A stretch of DNA of 61,587 nt, filler included, from Choristocarpus tenellus KU-1152 (taxonomy: Eukaryota; Protista; Phaeophyceae): the NCBI GenBank assembly GCA_964200185.2. It is 10 parts of 10 records of this genome, joined end to end, with 100 filler letters (N's around TTAATTAATTAA, not from the genome) between each part and the next. Parts side by side here need not be neighbours in the genome. Positions count along the whole stretch, not along the records: positions 34,138 to 39,304 come from CAXNAD020011639.1; positions 39,405 to 43,398 come from CAXNAD020016762.1; positions 43,499 to 50,857 come from CAXNAD020006272.1; positions 50,958 to 58,278 come from CAXNAD020006334.1; 6 more parts are not named here. One strand, given 5' to 3'. Every line of letters starts with the position of its first letter. Position 1 is the first letter of the stretch. The position numbers and the translations under genes are program-made. Below are positions 38,831 to 50,999 of this stretch, piece by piece. Under the pieces are notes generated by a model. That model ran no database searches, had not been told where the DNA came from, and saw only the letters and a program-made list of their open reading frames with translations.

Positions 38831-39972
38831 CCAACTTCACCTAACTCAAGAGGAAATGAGCATACAATAAATTGGACGTCGAAGACGTTCAGATCACTCA
38901 CCGCAGTCGCAGTCTACCCACGTATCACATGCTTGGGCAGTAGTCGCCATGTCTGTTTTTGTTGTACGATTCTGAGAGTCCTCTATACTTTTGGCACCTA
39001 GCAGATGTTGTGTTGTAGGAGGTCGTCCCCTACCTCTCTCAAGAAAACGAAAAGGATGTGTCGTTATCCATACAGTACGAATTTGGTGAGAGAGATATAA
39101 TACGACTTTAGAAGTAATTTGTGTCTTAAAATATCATGAATACTCAAATTTTTTGGGATGTATGATTTTATGTGTGAGAGCCATATTCCACAGAAGGTAT
39201 ATACCCTGAAGGTTACCTATCTTGAATATCATGTAGAAGGTATACCCTGAAGGCGACCTACGTTGAACATCCGGATATTCATGTTACTTTTGTTGTTCTT
39301 GCATNNNNNNNNNNNNNNNNNNNNNNNNNNNNNNNNNNNNNNNNNNNNTTAATTAATTAANNNNNNNNNNNNNNNNNNNNNNNNNNNNNNNNNNNNNNNN
39401 NNNNTTTTCCACTCCCCCTCCCCCCCTTTTCCCCCCCAACAAAAAAAACATCCCTCTCCCCCATTGCTCCCCCACCCCCCCCCCCCCCCCCCCCAATCAT
39501 ACATCTTGCGTACCAACAGCTATTCTTACCTTTGACTCAAGAACGCACACATACTCCAAAAAGCCCCCCAATCCTATACAACTCGTGTACCAACAACTGT
39601 CTACTGTATAGAACAAGACAAATCTCAGTCACTTTACCGCTTGATGGACACTAGTAAGATGGACACACCCTAGTAAATGATGAAACGCCTCCTCACTGTT
39701 CAGAGGCAGCCTACCCCCGCCCCATTCAGCCCTCGAATCAGATCAACTCAATACATGGTAGATCAACTCAATACATGGTAGTCACACGGGTGTTCCAGTA
39801 CAGCAATGACAAGTGCAATAATAATTTCTTTATATTATTTTGGTTTTTATTATTTTTTTAACATCTTGTTTTGTTATTAGGATCGGGGAGATGCCTCTCT
39901 GCACCAGCAGGTTTGTACAGAAAAAAAGCGCTGCTAAGGACCAATCAATCACACCTCTAGAACACTCAGATC

Positions 39973-41541
39973 TCATAAACTCAGTAAAAAAGCCTTCCAA
40001 TACGCAGCAGTGACCATCAAGAGGTAGTCGCTTGTTGATCAACAACACTACTACCGATAATGAAAATATTGATATCATTACCTCCTCACAACCACTAAAC
40101 GTACCTAATATACAATACTCTGCCACATCCCACGATCTTCTCACCTTGTACAAACCATTACTCAACACTCACCTCACAAATCAATTGATAATATAATATG
40201 TATCTTTATTAGTTACTAGTTGTTAGTTATTAATTATTACTTTACAATTCATAAATTAGGGTTAGGGTTAGTAGTCATTTCTGCAAGATGTTTCATTTAT
40301 TCCCTTCAAAAAGAAAGGGCCTGGGCACCCCAAGAACTGCATCGGCTAAGACCCCTGTCATACACACACACACTTTGATTTCCACAAACAAAAGCACATG
40401 TATGTGCATCTGTATTCCACAAAAAAATTAGCTCTTCTCAACTATTTCCTCGCCATATCAAAAAAGGGTACACCCTCAAAAGGTAGAGGACAGACCTTGC
40501 ACTACGCATTGACTTCTAGCTGACCCCTCACCAATGGGAGGAGGAACTATATACCGTACGACTCCATGACATTCTTGGGGTACACCCTGAGCTGACAACC
40601 CAACCAAACCACCCACAAGTGCACAAGGGATGCAATTGGCACTCCATGTTGCACCACACACAATGTGGAACCTACGTCACAGGCTCTGCAGCAGGTTACT
40701 TGCATGGGCGCTTGATATATATCGTTAATTTGGAGCAATGGATGCTCCTCAAGGGCCCCCCCCAATACACAATTTGTGCTGTCAACCCCTCGTTGTACAG
40801 TCAACTAAACGCATTCCACTACTCATTCAAAACCTAGTTGCACCATCCCTTTTCCCTTTCCAACTTGCTCCAACCCATTACAGTTCTGCACTAACCTATT
40901 TCTCAGCATTAGTTTTTCACAATCATTTTTTCCGTTTCATTCTCAGGGAGACTATCACGACTCCGGTATGTATAAACGTGCAGATATGTATGTATATGAT
41001 GTTGTGATGCCTACTAGATTATTTCATACTGTCTTCCTTCCTCTTCGATTTAAACCAGTGTAATAGGGGGGGGGCATGAATACGATCACCTTCCTGCTCT
41101 TCAAATCGAGACAATTTTATTCAGAAACAATAAACATACCATAAACACCAATCTGCCAAAAAGGATGTCAAAATATCAAAACCGCTCACCCCATGCACAA
41201 CAAAAAAATACTTGATGAAAATCACACCCTGGCTTCTCCCACCTTAGGTAAGGCACCCAGCAAGTATGCCCACGCCCTCACAGGATTACACTCCTCAATG
41301 CTTAGCAGCCTCGGTGAAGTTGTCAACGCACCTTCCCCTTGATTTGCCCCCTCCCTGTTTAATTTGTTTAATCCTCCACCCCCTCCCGCTCCTGCTTCTC
41401 CTAAACCTAAACCCAGCCCTACAAGTGCGTTTGCCCCAGAGCCATCCTCAGGGCCTACCTCATTCCCCTGACCGCCATCTCCTGGGGTAGTCCGTGGCAT
41501 TCCCACACCAACATACCTTGACCAAAATAAAAACAAAATTG

Positions 41542-41576
<35 letters not shown>

Positions 41577-41869
41577 AATATATATAAATATATATATTTA
41601 TTTAATTGTAGCAACCGAAATGCTACCATTCAATAAATATAAAACATACTCGATATACAAGAACGATTGGTTGAAAATAGATTGAACTGGTCGAATGGAT
41701 GTGTTTCATTGGTCAATTCTCTCACGCACGCGTACAAATGCCATGCGCTCCTCTTCTTCAATTTCCCCAAAGCATACTCTGCAGCAGCACCTCTTCCAAT
41801 CTCAACTGAGTACTGAGCACATTGGATGCTTTCGAGCTGACGATTTCCAAGGCCACTAAACACTTCCAT
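39973..41869 (-). CDS. Hypothetical protein, multi-exon, includes start codon; 3' structure uncertain
   Basis: Phase-consistent model 41869-41736, 41516-41243, 40804-40700, 40591-40555, 40144-40105, 40030-39973; another candidate exon with a gtaag donor near 39575-39530 suggests the gene may continue. Confidence 0.5.
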
Positions 41870-41933
41870 TCACAACAACACCAGAAATGAGGAGACAAAG
41901 ACTGCGAAATGGGCTCGATTCTGTGTACAAGAG

Positions 41934-42115
41934 AAAGTGTGGTGAGATAGAGGAGATGAAACGAGAAATGAGATACTTTAATATAGTGTAATAATAATAA
42001 TAAATAATAATAATAAATTAATAAAGTGTGGTGAGATAGAGGAGATGAAACGAGAAATGAGATACTTTAATAATAATAATAATAATAAATTAATAAAGTG
42101 TGGTGAGATAGAGGA
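41934..42115. repeat. ~72-88-bp tandem repeat (2.3 copies) with variable (AAT)n, upstream of an ATG
   Basis: aaagtgtggtgagatagaggag occurs three times. Confidence 0.85.
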
Positions 42116-42508
42116 GTTGCGGTTGTAATAGGGGAAAAAAGAAGAGAGGCATCGCATGACAACAAGATGGAAAAAAAAAGTAATAATAAGCTACAGGAAA
42201 CCAAGAAGAGGAGTAGGGGAGCGGAATAAAACAAAATAAAATAAAATAACATAAAAACAAAAGGGTTGGATGCGTTGTATTTTATCAAAACCAATAACTC
42301 ATATCAAGGTTCAGGGGACCCACAAGATGCATACATGTATCCAATCCTATCAATGCCGACTCGTTGACTGCTGAGTCGTTTCTTTCATGATAGTCAGTTG
42401 ATGCATGCCTGGCTCCGTTTTGCCATTGAGCTCGTGGTCTTGGAATGTCAACTTATGTTCCACCTCTACAGAATAGTCACTGCAACAGCATACAACGATC
42501 ACTGTGAA

Positions 42509-42788
42509 GAGTGAAAGTATCTTGGAGGGTACGAGTTTTGCCCTTTTTGTCCATTTGGGGCTTGGCTTCCCATGCTTGTTTTTTTTTTTTTACATTTTCC
42601 TACTCCAAACCGTTTCGGAGTAGGTAAGATGTTTTACGTTATGAAACGGTGCGCTTGGAACAAGGATATTGACAGTTACTTCCTAACAAATATATACATT
42701 GACCACAATTAAATCAAAATTGCATCATTCGATTTTGGTCCGTCCCCAAATGGACGCGGCCCCCCTACCCTCTAAGATACATTGGCTC
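42509..42788 (+). mobile_element. MITE family A, full copy
   Basis: TIRs at both ends; flanked by TGAA/TGAA. Confidence 0.85.
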
Positions 42789-43498
42789 TGAAGCTAATCG
42801 ATACACGATATGTACCGCCTTCCACATGAGTTGAGTCAGTATATAATGTGTACAGTTCTAGCTAGTGAGGCAGCGAGGGAAATCACCAGTTACTGCTTTT
42901 TTTTTCCCCAGCTCAATTTGTTACATTTGTACAATTTCAGCAACACCTGAAAAAGTGGCGAGGAATGGTGACTGACTGACTGGGTGGGTCTGGATGGATG
43001 ACTCGGGCGTTTCTCGAGTGTATGCTGGCTCATGCTTAGTCATTTAGAGGAGCCACTTTCTTGTGATGCCACAGTTACAACTAACAGTTACAACTAAACC
43101 AATATCAAGATTTTTGCTACATTTCATACACACACACACACACACACGCATAATGTAATTCGCCATAATTCAAAAACAGAAAATGTACTCTATAATCATG
43201 GTGCTCTAAACATATATACATATTTAGGCTCAAAGTATCTGGGGGGGGGGGGGTGTCAGCGTCAGGTTTTCACCCTTTTTTCGATTTTCACTTTTCTTGT
43301 GTGATTTGGTCACACGTGTCGGATTTGAAATGTCAGCAAAAAAAAGTTGTTTGACCGAAACGGATGCCCCCTCACAAACCACCCCCGCCCCCCCCCCCNN
43401 NNNNNNNNNNNNNNNNNNNNNNNNNNNNNNNNNNNNNNNNNNTTAATTAATTAANNNNNNNNNNNNNNNNNNNNNNNNNNNNNNNNNNNNNNNNNNNN

Positions 43499-43840
43499 CT
43501 TTCCTGCTGTAGCCTCCAGTCCCTCTCCACCCTACCGCATGAGAAGCTAGTTCATCCAGTAAAATTTCCGCTTGCTTACCAAGTCGCCCAAAACTTTCCA
43601 CCGCGAAGGTGTTGAGGTTATAACTACGAGGATCAAGAGAGCCCTCGTAGTGGGTGAGCTTTCGCGCCTCAGCTGGAACGGCAGCTACACCATCACTGGT
43701 GGGTGAGTGCGGCAGGTGAGATGCTGCCTACACTTCAGTAAGCGCGACGTCTAGGAGGAGGCTTTTGTCTCAGTAGGGAGCTGTTCCGGCGTCCGCAAAT
43801 GCACCAGCATGGAAGACCAGATCCATGCGGAAATTTCTGT
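43499..43840 (-). mobile_element. CRE-like non-LTR retrotransposon, restriction-like endonuclease domain fragment
   Basis: Minus strand RMDLVF...SLLLDV...AEARKLTHYEG...FAVESFGRLGKQAEILLDELA with in-frame stops; RxD..D..ExxK RLE signature. Confidence 0.75.
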
Positions 43841-43845
43841 TCAAT

Positions 43846-44150
43846 TTACCTTGGAAGGTATTGCTATTTATCAGTACTGAAGACAAGGAGGTGTGGATAC
43901 CCTCACACGACCCCCTTTGTTGAACGTGAAAAGAACGGATGGATGAAATTAGAAGAGTGACCTTTGTGGGGTGTCTTCTATTGTTTTTTCTTTATTATTA
44001 TTTGCGTCAGAACAGTTTAACTATAATTCAGAACTCCATAGATAGTTCAGATGTACTATCTCTTATTGACATCATTCGGACTCAATTCAACGTAAATATC
44101 TCGCATGCACAAAATAAGGTACACCTCACTATTGCCCTATTTTGCACATA
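43846..44150. repeat. ~300-bp unclassified repeat, copy 1
   Basis: Colinear similarity with 46350-46690 (ttaccttgg.aggta ... aaaataaggtacacctcactattg...tttgcacata). Confidence 0.8.
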
Positions 44151-44439
44151 CTGTCTGAGAGACGAGAGACTGCTCTGCTTTGTAATGCTGGTTTGGAGCA
44201 GCTTTGTGTCTTTCTTTGTTATATTTGGGCTAATTTTAGACATGACGTTTTGTGAAACCCCTTGGTCAAGTAGTGAAAAAAATGGGAGTTTGCTCGATAT
44301 AAGAGAGAATATCGCCGAAACCTATCTTATGGCCTGAAAGTCACGACAAGGCAATTCACTCTCTCTTATATCCCTTTTTCTCTTATTTTGACCTCTCTTT
44401 TATAGGCAAACCGACTATAAACTCTTACAAGTTACATTA

Positions 44440-45760
44440 GTATCAAAAGCCATAGGAGTCCCTCAGAAAATGGTGCTGAACAGCACTATCCTTTGCTCTG
44501 GTAGAGCTTGTGGCATTTTGTACTAGTTTGCATGCACCATCGTTGTGCTCAAACATGTCAATGCAACGTCTAGGGAACTGTGACTGAATAAACTCAGGAA
44601 CACTTCGAAAAAAAGCTATATATTCACTCCCCGTAGAGGACAGAGGATATAACTTTTTGGACCTTTGACATCCAAGATATTGCTCCCACAGCAAACATTA
44701 TGACTCCTCCAGTCACTGGTCTACGATCATTACAATCTCCAGCATAGCTAGCACCAGCATATGCACTCAACTCACACTCAGTATCAAAAACACCTAAACT
44801 CTCAATCCAACACTGGGACACGTAATCAAATTTGCTAAAATACACTTAATTGCACGTCGATGTGCGACTTTGGGATTACTACTGTACTTTGCAAACTCAC
44901 GAACTGCACTGGCAATATCCTAGCCTAGTCATAACAGCTGCCCACATCAAACTACCAACTGCTTCTTTGTATAGGATATTCTCATCAACACTTAGGCGAT
45001 CCTCATTCTTGTCTGAAGTACTTGAGAGATAATGGGGTACCGCCCTCTCTTCTTTTCCCCCTCCATACCAAATATTTGACAAATATTCCTAATGCACTTA
45101 GTCTGATTAATGCTTACTTTCTTTGTAATTGTGTCGTGCCAAATCTCACAACCCATATAGTACTTCAAGGTCACCAAAATCTTCTATAGAAAACTGCTCC
45201 TTGATCCTGGAGCGAAACAAAATAAAAACATCAGGTATACCTGCCACTAACAAGATCGTCAACGCAAGGGGTTATCACAGCACAAACAACGCCATTTCTT
45301 ACATTTCGTAACACACAGGGATCTGCTCTGCGTTGCTCAAAACCGTATTGTTCCAAAACTTGCACCAACAAATAATTAAACTCCCTGCTAGCCTGTTTGG
45401 TGCCATAAAGAGCTTTCATAAAACGCACAACCTTTCCTGCTCACAAATTACATCCATCACATAAATAAGTAATTCCTCTCTGGTTTCTCCTCTGATAAAA
45501 ATATGATTCGTATACCGATGTATGAATCCTTATCTGTGTCGAGTGCCCAAAAAAAACATTCCTAAACGTACGGGCTTTGTTATCAGGGCTAAGGTATCAC
45601 AGTAATCTAAATCCTTAGCCACATGAAAATCCTGTTGCTACCAGACATGCCTTACCAATTTTTTGATCTTGTGCTTGTGAATCTATTTGGTGTAAATTGC
45701 TCTGCATCCAGGGAGTAACACGGCCTCCACTCAACCGTCATTCAAACAACAAATCAGACA
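44440..45760 (-). mobile_element. Ty1/Copia RT-RNase H relic
   Basis: KALYGTKQASREF, ADPCV, CVDDL, YKEAVGSLMWAAVMTR, AYAGASYAGDCNDRRPVTG, AISWMSKVQ, LSSTGSEYIA; frameshifted. Confidence 0.88.
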
Positions 45761-46349
45761 TTTCTTCTGCTCTAGTCGATCGTACAAATGGCATTCAGGA
45801 GAATTATGTGCTGCTAGTACAGTCTTGGGTTCTGGAGGGAGCTCATCCGCTCTCACTCTAATAGACTATCTCTCGCACAAATCATAAGGGTAGTCTAAAT
45901 GTAAAACAGACAAAACATATCAAACAATGCAACTCTTGTAAAACATAACAGCAGAAAAATCAAAGGAGATTGCACAGTCACCAGGTGAAGTGCTGGAGAA
46001 TGGTGAGCTCCAGCGTCCAGTCTCCTCTTCCTGAACTCTTCCTGGACTCTTACCAACCAGGGAAAAATTCTCTCGATAACATCTTGTGCCTCCATCCAAA
46101 CATTATATGTCAACTTTTATTCCCCTTGTACTCTGGATCAGTCCAGGAGATGTCATTCTCAACACCCCCAAGCTCTTGGACTGAGAGTAGATATGCCCTC
46201 TATCCCTTGGGAGATGTGAAGGGGAGTACGCAGACAACAGCAAACAAAACACCACAACTGTCTTGTCCTCATCCTTTATCAAGGAGAGGATGTTGTAGCT
46301 TGGCTGTCCCCCTCATCATGGGGGGTTGCAGATAGTAGAAGTTGTGCTA

Positions 46350-46690
46350 ATTACCTTGGGAGGTAATGCTATTTCTCAGTAGTGAAGATAAGAGGGTGTG
46401 AAGCCTCACACGACCCCTTTGCTGAACGTGAAAAAGAATGGATGGTTGAAATTAGAATAGTGACCTTTGTGGGGTGTCTTCTTCTCATTGCTTGTTTATT
46501 ATTACTTGTGCTTCCTACAGAAGTCAACAATTGAATCAAAGTAGTTGAATTCAAATCAACAAAACCTATACATTTTCATTCATAATTCTGATGTACTTTC
46601 TCATTAGTTACATCACATGGACTCAATCAAAATGACTATCTCTCACACCCAAAATAAGGTACACCTCACTATTGTCCTACTTTGCACATA
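46350..46690. repeat. ~340-bp unclassified repeat, copy 2
   Basis: Direct-orientation homologue of 43846-44150. Confidence 0.8.
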
Positions 46691-47699
46691 AATCGCCTAA
46701 ATATTCCAGGCCCCTAATGGATAAACAGGGAAAAAATCGTACCCTCTTAGATACTTTGGCTCTCAGGCAATTATGACACTCGCCAGGTCCTATTCTAGGA
46801 CACCCCAGTAACTTCGTCACATTCTACAGTTCCAAAGGTGGCTGTGTCTCAGGACTAATTTGGCAATGCTGTGCCCGATTTTGTTGCACATCATCTCCAC
46901 GAATGCGCGAAGACCGACTCTGTGCCACCTCAATGGCTGCAGGACCTTCTCGGGTCACAAGCTCGCCGACTAGTCGATCCAGATCACTTTCGTCGATCAG
47001 AAGTCCAGCATTGAAAGAGCCAACGTCTTTGGATGGAGGTGAATCCATTCTTCAGCTTGGTCATTAACAAAATGACCTGGGACAGCTCGTTCTGCTGGTT
47101 GTTCAACATCCTGACCCTGTTATCAACCTCGTTACGTTGAACCCCCAACTACGCTCGGCCAAATGTAAAGAAGCACTTGGCACTTCGAAATGTGATACGT
47201 GCCAGTATCTTGCTTGCCAGGCTTCAACTCGTCAGGATCATTTGACCCAGTCATTCCTCGATAACCCAGACGGTACGCGTGGGTTGTATTTCCTCGGCAG
47301 GGGAGAATAAATATTAAGGTTTAGACGATGGAGAATATGTCGATGGGTACTGCATTCCTTGTCCCTAGGAGTGTCCTGATAGATTTGGCACATACATGTC
47401 TATTCGGGAATGGTAATGATTTTGTTGACACCGTTGTAGGGAGTGGTAAGTGTCAGAGGTTGACGTCAGTCACACCACTTGCTCCTCAGGCATCGTTTAT
47501 AGCCTGTTTAGTGGTCTCTGACGGGTTTTCTTTGCCTTGTGTTCACCCAAGATCTTGCGATACTGACCTAAATTGGTTCAGCAATCTTTGCGCTGATACC
47601 TAACTACACCAAAAACCTTGATCTTTTTCGTCACAAAAGGTTCGTATATCTGGCACCATCAAAGAACCAAGAGAAGACAACTTAAATATAGACACAGTA

Positions 47700-49800
47700 A
47701 GTGATGTACCATGTAGTTTAGAGGTACTCGTTTGCAACCATCCTTAATTTGAACGTTTTTATGTGCATCCTGTTGCATCTGTTGCGATCAATCTACGTGC
47801 TGCTAGCGGTTTTCACAACAGCGTACTAGTATATTTACTCGTTTCTCCCTTTCTCCAGGTAGGTGATAAAACATTGCCTTTTGAAGCGTTAGCTATTCCT
47901 CAACTAGGTCCCGACAAAAAATTCTTGATAATAATGTCATGCAGGCCTTCGGTGCAATCTTTGATTGTCAAGGATATCTCTCGTTCCATGACAGCTCATG
48001 TACATTCCTGGAAAACATCACACAACAAGGAGACCCACACAGCAAACTCCCGTCACAAGCACTACTCCTTCATGGTCTGTGATGAGTGCGCAACATGATT
48101 TTGACCTTGTACCCGTCCGCTTACACAAACAGTACAATGTAACCAGGTAGTCATGAAATCATCGTCTGTTGCACAACTGCTGGCAGCCCGTCTCTTGGTA
48201 CTGTCGTTACAGTGGAGCCAATCACATATTCTATGCCTGGGCTACACTGGCACAATGAACCAAACCATCCATGGAATCGTATCATCGTTGCTAACACCCT
48301 CAGTACTTGATCGGCAAATACACCAGTATTGGTTCAGTTGGCAAACCCAACCGCATATATGTTTCATATGTATCTAGCGCGTTATAAACGTCGATGTCCC
48401 GAAGACTTGTGAGGCTCGAAGTATCTAGGAGGGGGGGGGGGGGGTCTATACCTGAACATAAATGACTTGATCAATTCATTCCTTATTGGACAGGCTGTAG
48501 ATGGAGTAAGGAAGGAGAAAGGAAGAGGGAGCCTTCAAGTCCGAGGGGAAATCTCTTCTATCAAATCTATCCTGTTCTGTGGATAACTATTCACTAGTCA
48601 CACGTTACTTTTTACACAGATTACTCGCTATAATGTTTCCTACTCCTAAACTCCCCCATATCTAGTTCATTAACCCATACGTATCCCCTATCCTTCAGAA
48701 TACAAATTTGTTCTCTTCGAACAACTGGTTGTTTCTTACATAATCTACTTTTATACAAGAATAGAAAGCACTTGACACCTGAACTAGACAAAGCACAATC
48801 AACTGGAGCATCCATGGAATCGTATCATCGTCGCTCGCACTCTCAGTACTTGGTCGGCAAATACTAAACCAGTATTGGTTCAGTTGGCAAACCCAACCGC
48901 ACATATGGTTCATATCAAGAAAAACTTTATGGTTGACCACTTCACTCCAATTTCTGACTTGACACTGAAACCGTTCATGCTCTGAACACTAATTTTGCCT
49001 CGTTCAGTGAAGCTGGAGAGGGATTGCATCAAACCTTCAGTTAGACAAATCCTTTCAAGATACCAGTGACAAATGCCTCAACTTTTAGGCCTGTGTGGAC
49101 GTTACAGATAGACATTTTGGTTTAAGCCAGCAGAATTGGGCAAATGTACTCTAGCTGAAGCAGAAATTCCTATAGAATGTGGTACGAAGAATGTTGACAA
49201 GAACCCGTACAGAGCAAACCTTTGTACTCAAGAAGAGATTGAGTCGTGTGCTAACACTATGGAAGAGCAAATCATCACTGAAAAATGTGACAGCCCTTGG
49301 GGTAATTACAAACCTATCGTAGCTCTGATAGCTCTCAATGTTGCTGTGTAAACTACCCCTCCACTGCACTGTCATTAAACATCTTACGAGACAGACTTGG
49401 CCTATGCCTGATATGTAATCACATATCAATACCGTGGATGGTGCCAAATTCATCACCATACATGATTTTCAGTATGCGTATTGAAAGATCCCAGTTGCTG
49501 AAGCTGATAGTGATAAAACTGCTTTTGTCATATCCAAAGGCAATTATATTTGCAGGATGCCGTTTGGGATATCAAATTCTTCCTTGTAGTTTCAAAGAAT
49601 CGTGTCGTTAGCCCTTGCCAACTTTGAACCACTTAACGTTTACCTCGTTTGCATGGATGATTCAATTCCTTGTTCTCCCACCAGAGAAGGAAAATTGAAC
49701 ATACTAAAGCAGTAGTTGAAAGTTTTACAGGCCGCAAGGTGACCCTGAAACCGTCGACTTCTCCGTATGGATCACAAAACAATATGTTCATGGATACTAC
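47700..49800 (+). mobile_element. Ty3/Gypsy protease-RT relic
   Basis: PYRAN, DSPWG, WPMPD, DKTAFV, MPFGISN, FQR and CMDD (YxDD) motifs at 49136-49700; stops and frameshifts. Confidence 0.82.
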
Positions 49801-49814
49801 AAGGGCTCTTTTAA

Positions 49815-50115
49815 TCCTCATAATATAATCTCAACACCTTCTTGGTGGAAAGTTTTGGGCGCCTCGGCAAGCAAGCGGAGCGTTTCCTGGATGAGCTGAC
49901 TATACACATGCTGGGGGGGAGAGGAACTGGAGGCTATGGCAGGAAAGGGGCGGTCAAATCCCGCCTACGCCAAATAGTCTCAGTAACGACGCAAGTGGCA
50001 CTGTCTAGACGTGTCATGCATTTTAAGCTGGAGTCACCAAGGAGATGGGCAAGGAGGGGATTGTTGGATTCTTGGGATGCCTCCCTAGCTCCTCACCCTG
50101 CGGTGCAGGAATAGG
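49815..50115 (+). mobile_element. CRE-like non-LTR retrotransposon 3' end, 5'-truncated
   Basis: VESFGRLGKQAERFLDEL...RLRQIVSVTTQVALSRRVMHFKL; homologous to the 43499 and 21690 fragments. Confidence 0.78.
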
Positions 50116-50363
50116 TAGATTGGAGGCACAGGAAGGCAGTGGTACAATATAGTGAAATAACAAATAGATCAGTGTTTCTCACGTTTGTAACATACTTTAC
50201 TTCTTCAGGGTTTATACTGACATGTGAATAGTTTTCATCCGTTTTCCCCCTGACACATCTGAAAACATCAAAAATAATATTATAATAATACAATATGTCT
50301 GTGGATAAATGAATGTTTCTCCGTCCTATCATCTACTCCACCAGTGTTGTCTGTACTCTGTAA

Positions 50364-50636
50364 GAGTAAAAGTATCTTTAGAGGGTATGAGTTTTGCCCA
50401 GTTTGTCCATTATTTGGGGATTGACTTCCCACGAGTTTTTTTATGACATTTTCCTACTCCGAAATGTTTCCGAGTAGGTAAAATGTATACATTATGAAAA
50501 GGTGTGTCCGGAACAAGGATATTGATACTTCATAACAAATATGATGGTCAAAATTAGATCAAAATCAGATCAAAATCGCAACATTGGATTTTGGTCCCAA
50601 AGGGACACGACTCTACCGTCTAAGATATTTTGAGTC
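50364..50636 (+). mobile_element. MITE family A, full copy
   Basis: TIRs at both ends; TSD not preserved (taa/ttc). Confidence 0.85.
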
Positions 50637-50999
50637 TTCTTAGCAACAATGTCTATGAACAGCACCCATTGTGTCATAATATACTCAAGTGATAATCATT
50701 CATATACCACACGTGTTCGAAATGAATATGAGTTAACTGCTTCTAATCTTGACCAAAAACAGTGGATTTTCAAAATTGAGGCAGGAGCGGGACTATGAGG
50801 ATGGTTGTTTTGCGAAAACGGTCTTTAAAAAGTACCACAAGGTTTTTGTTTTCGACTNNNNNNNNNNNNNNNNNNNNNNNNNNNNNNNNNNNNNNNNNNN
50901 NTTAATTAATTAANNNNNNNNNNNNNNNNNNNNNNNNNNNNNNNNNNNNNNNNNNNNTCCCCCCTCCCCCCCGCCCTCCGCATCTCTTAATGGACTCAC

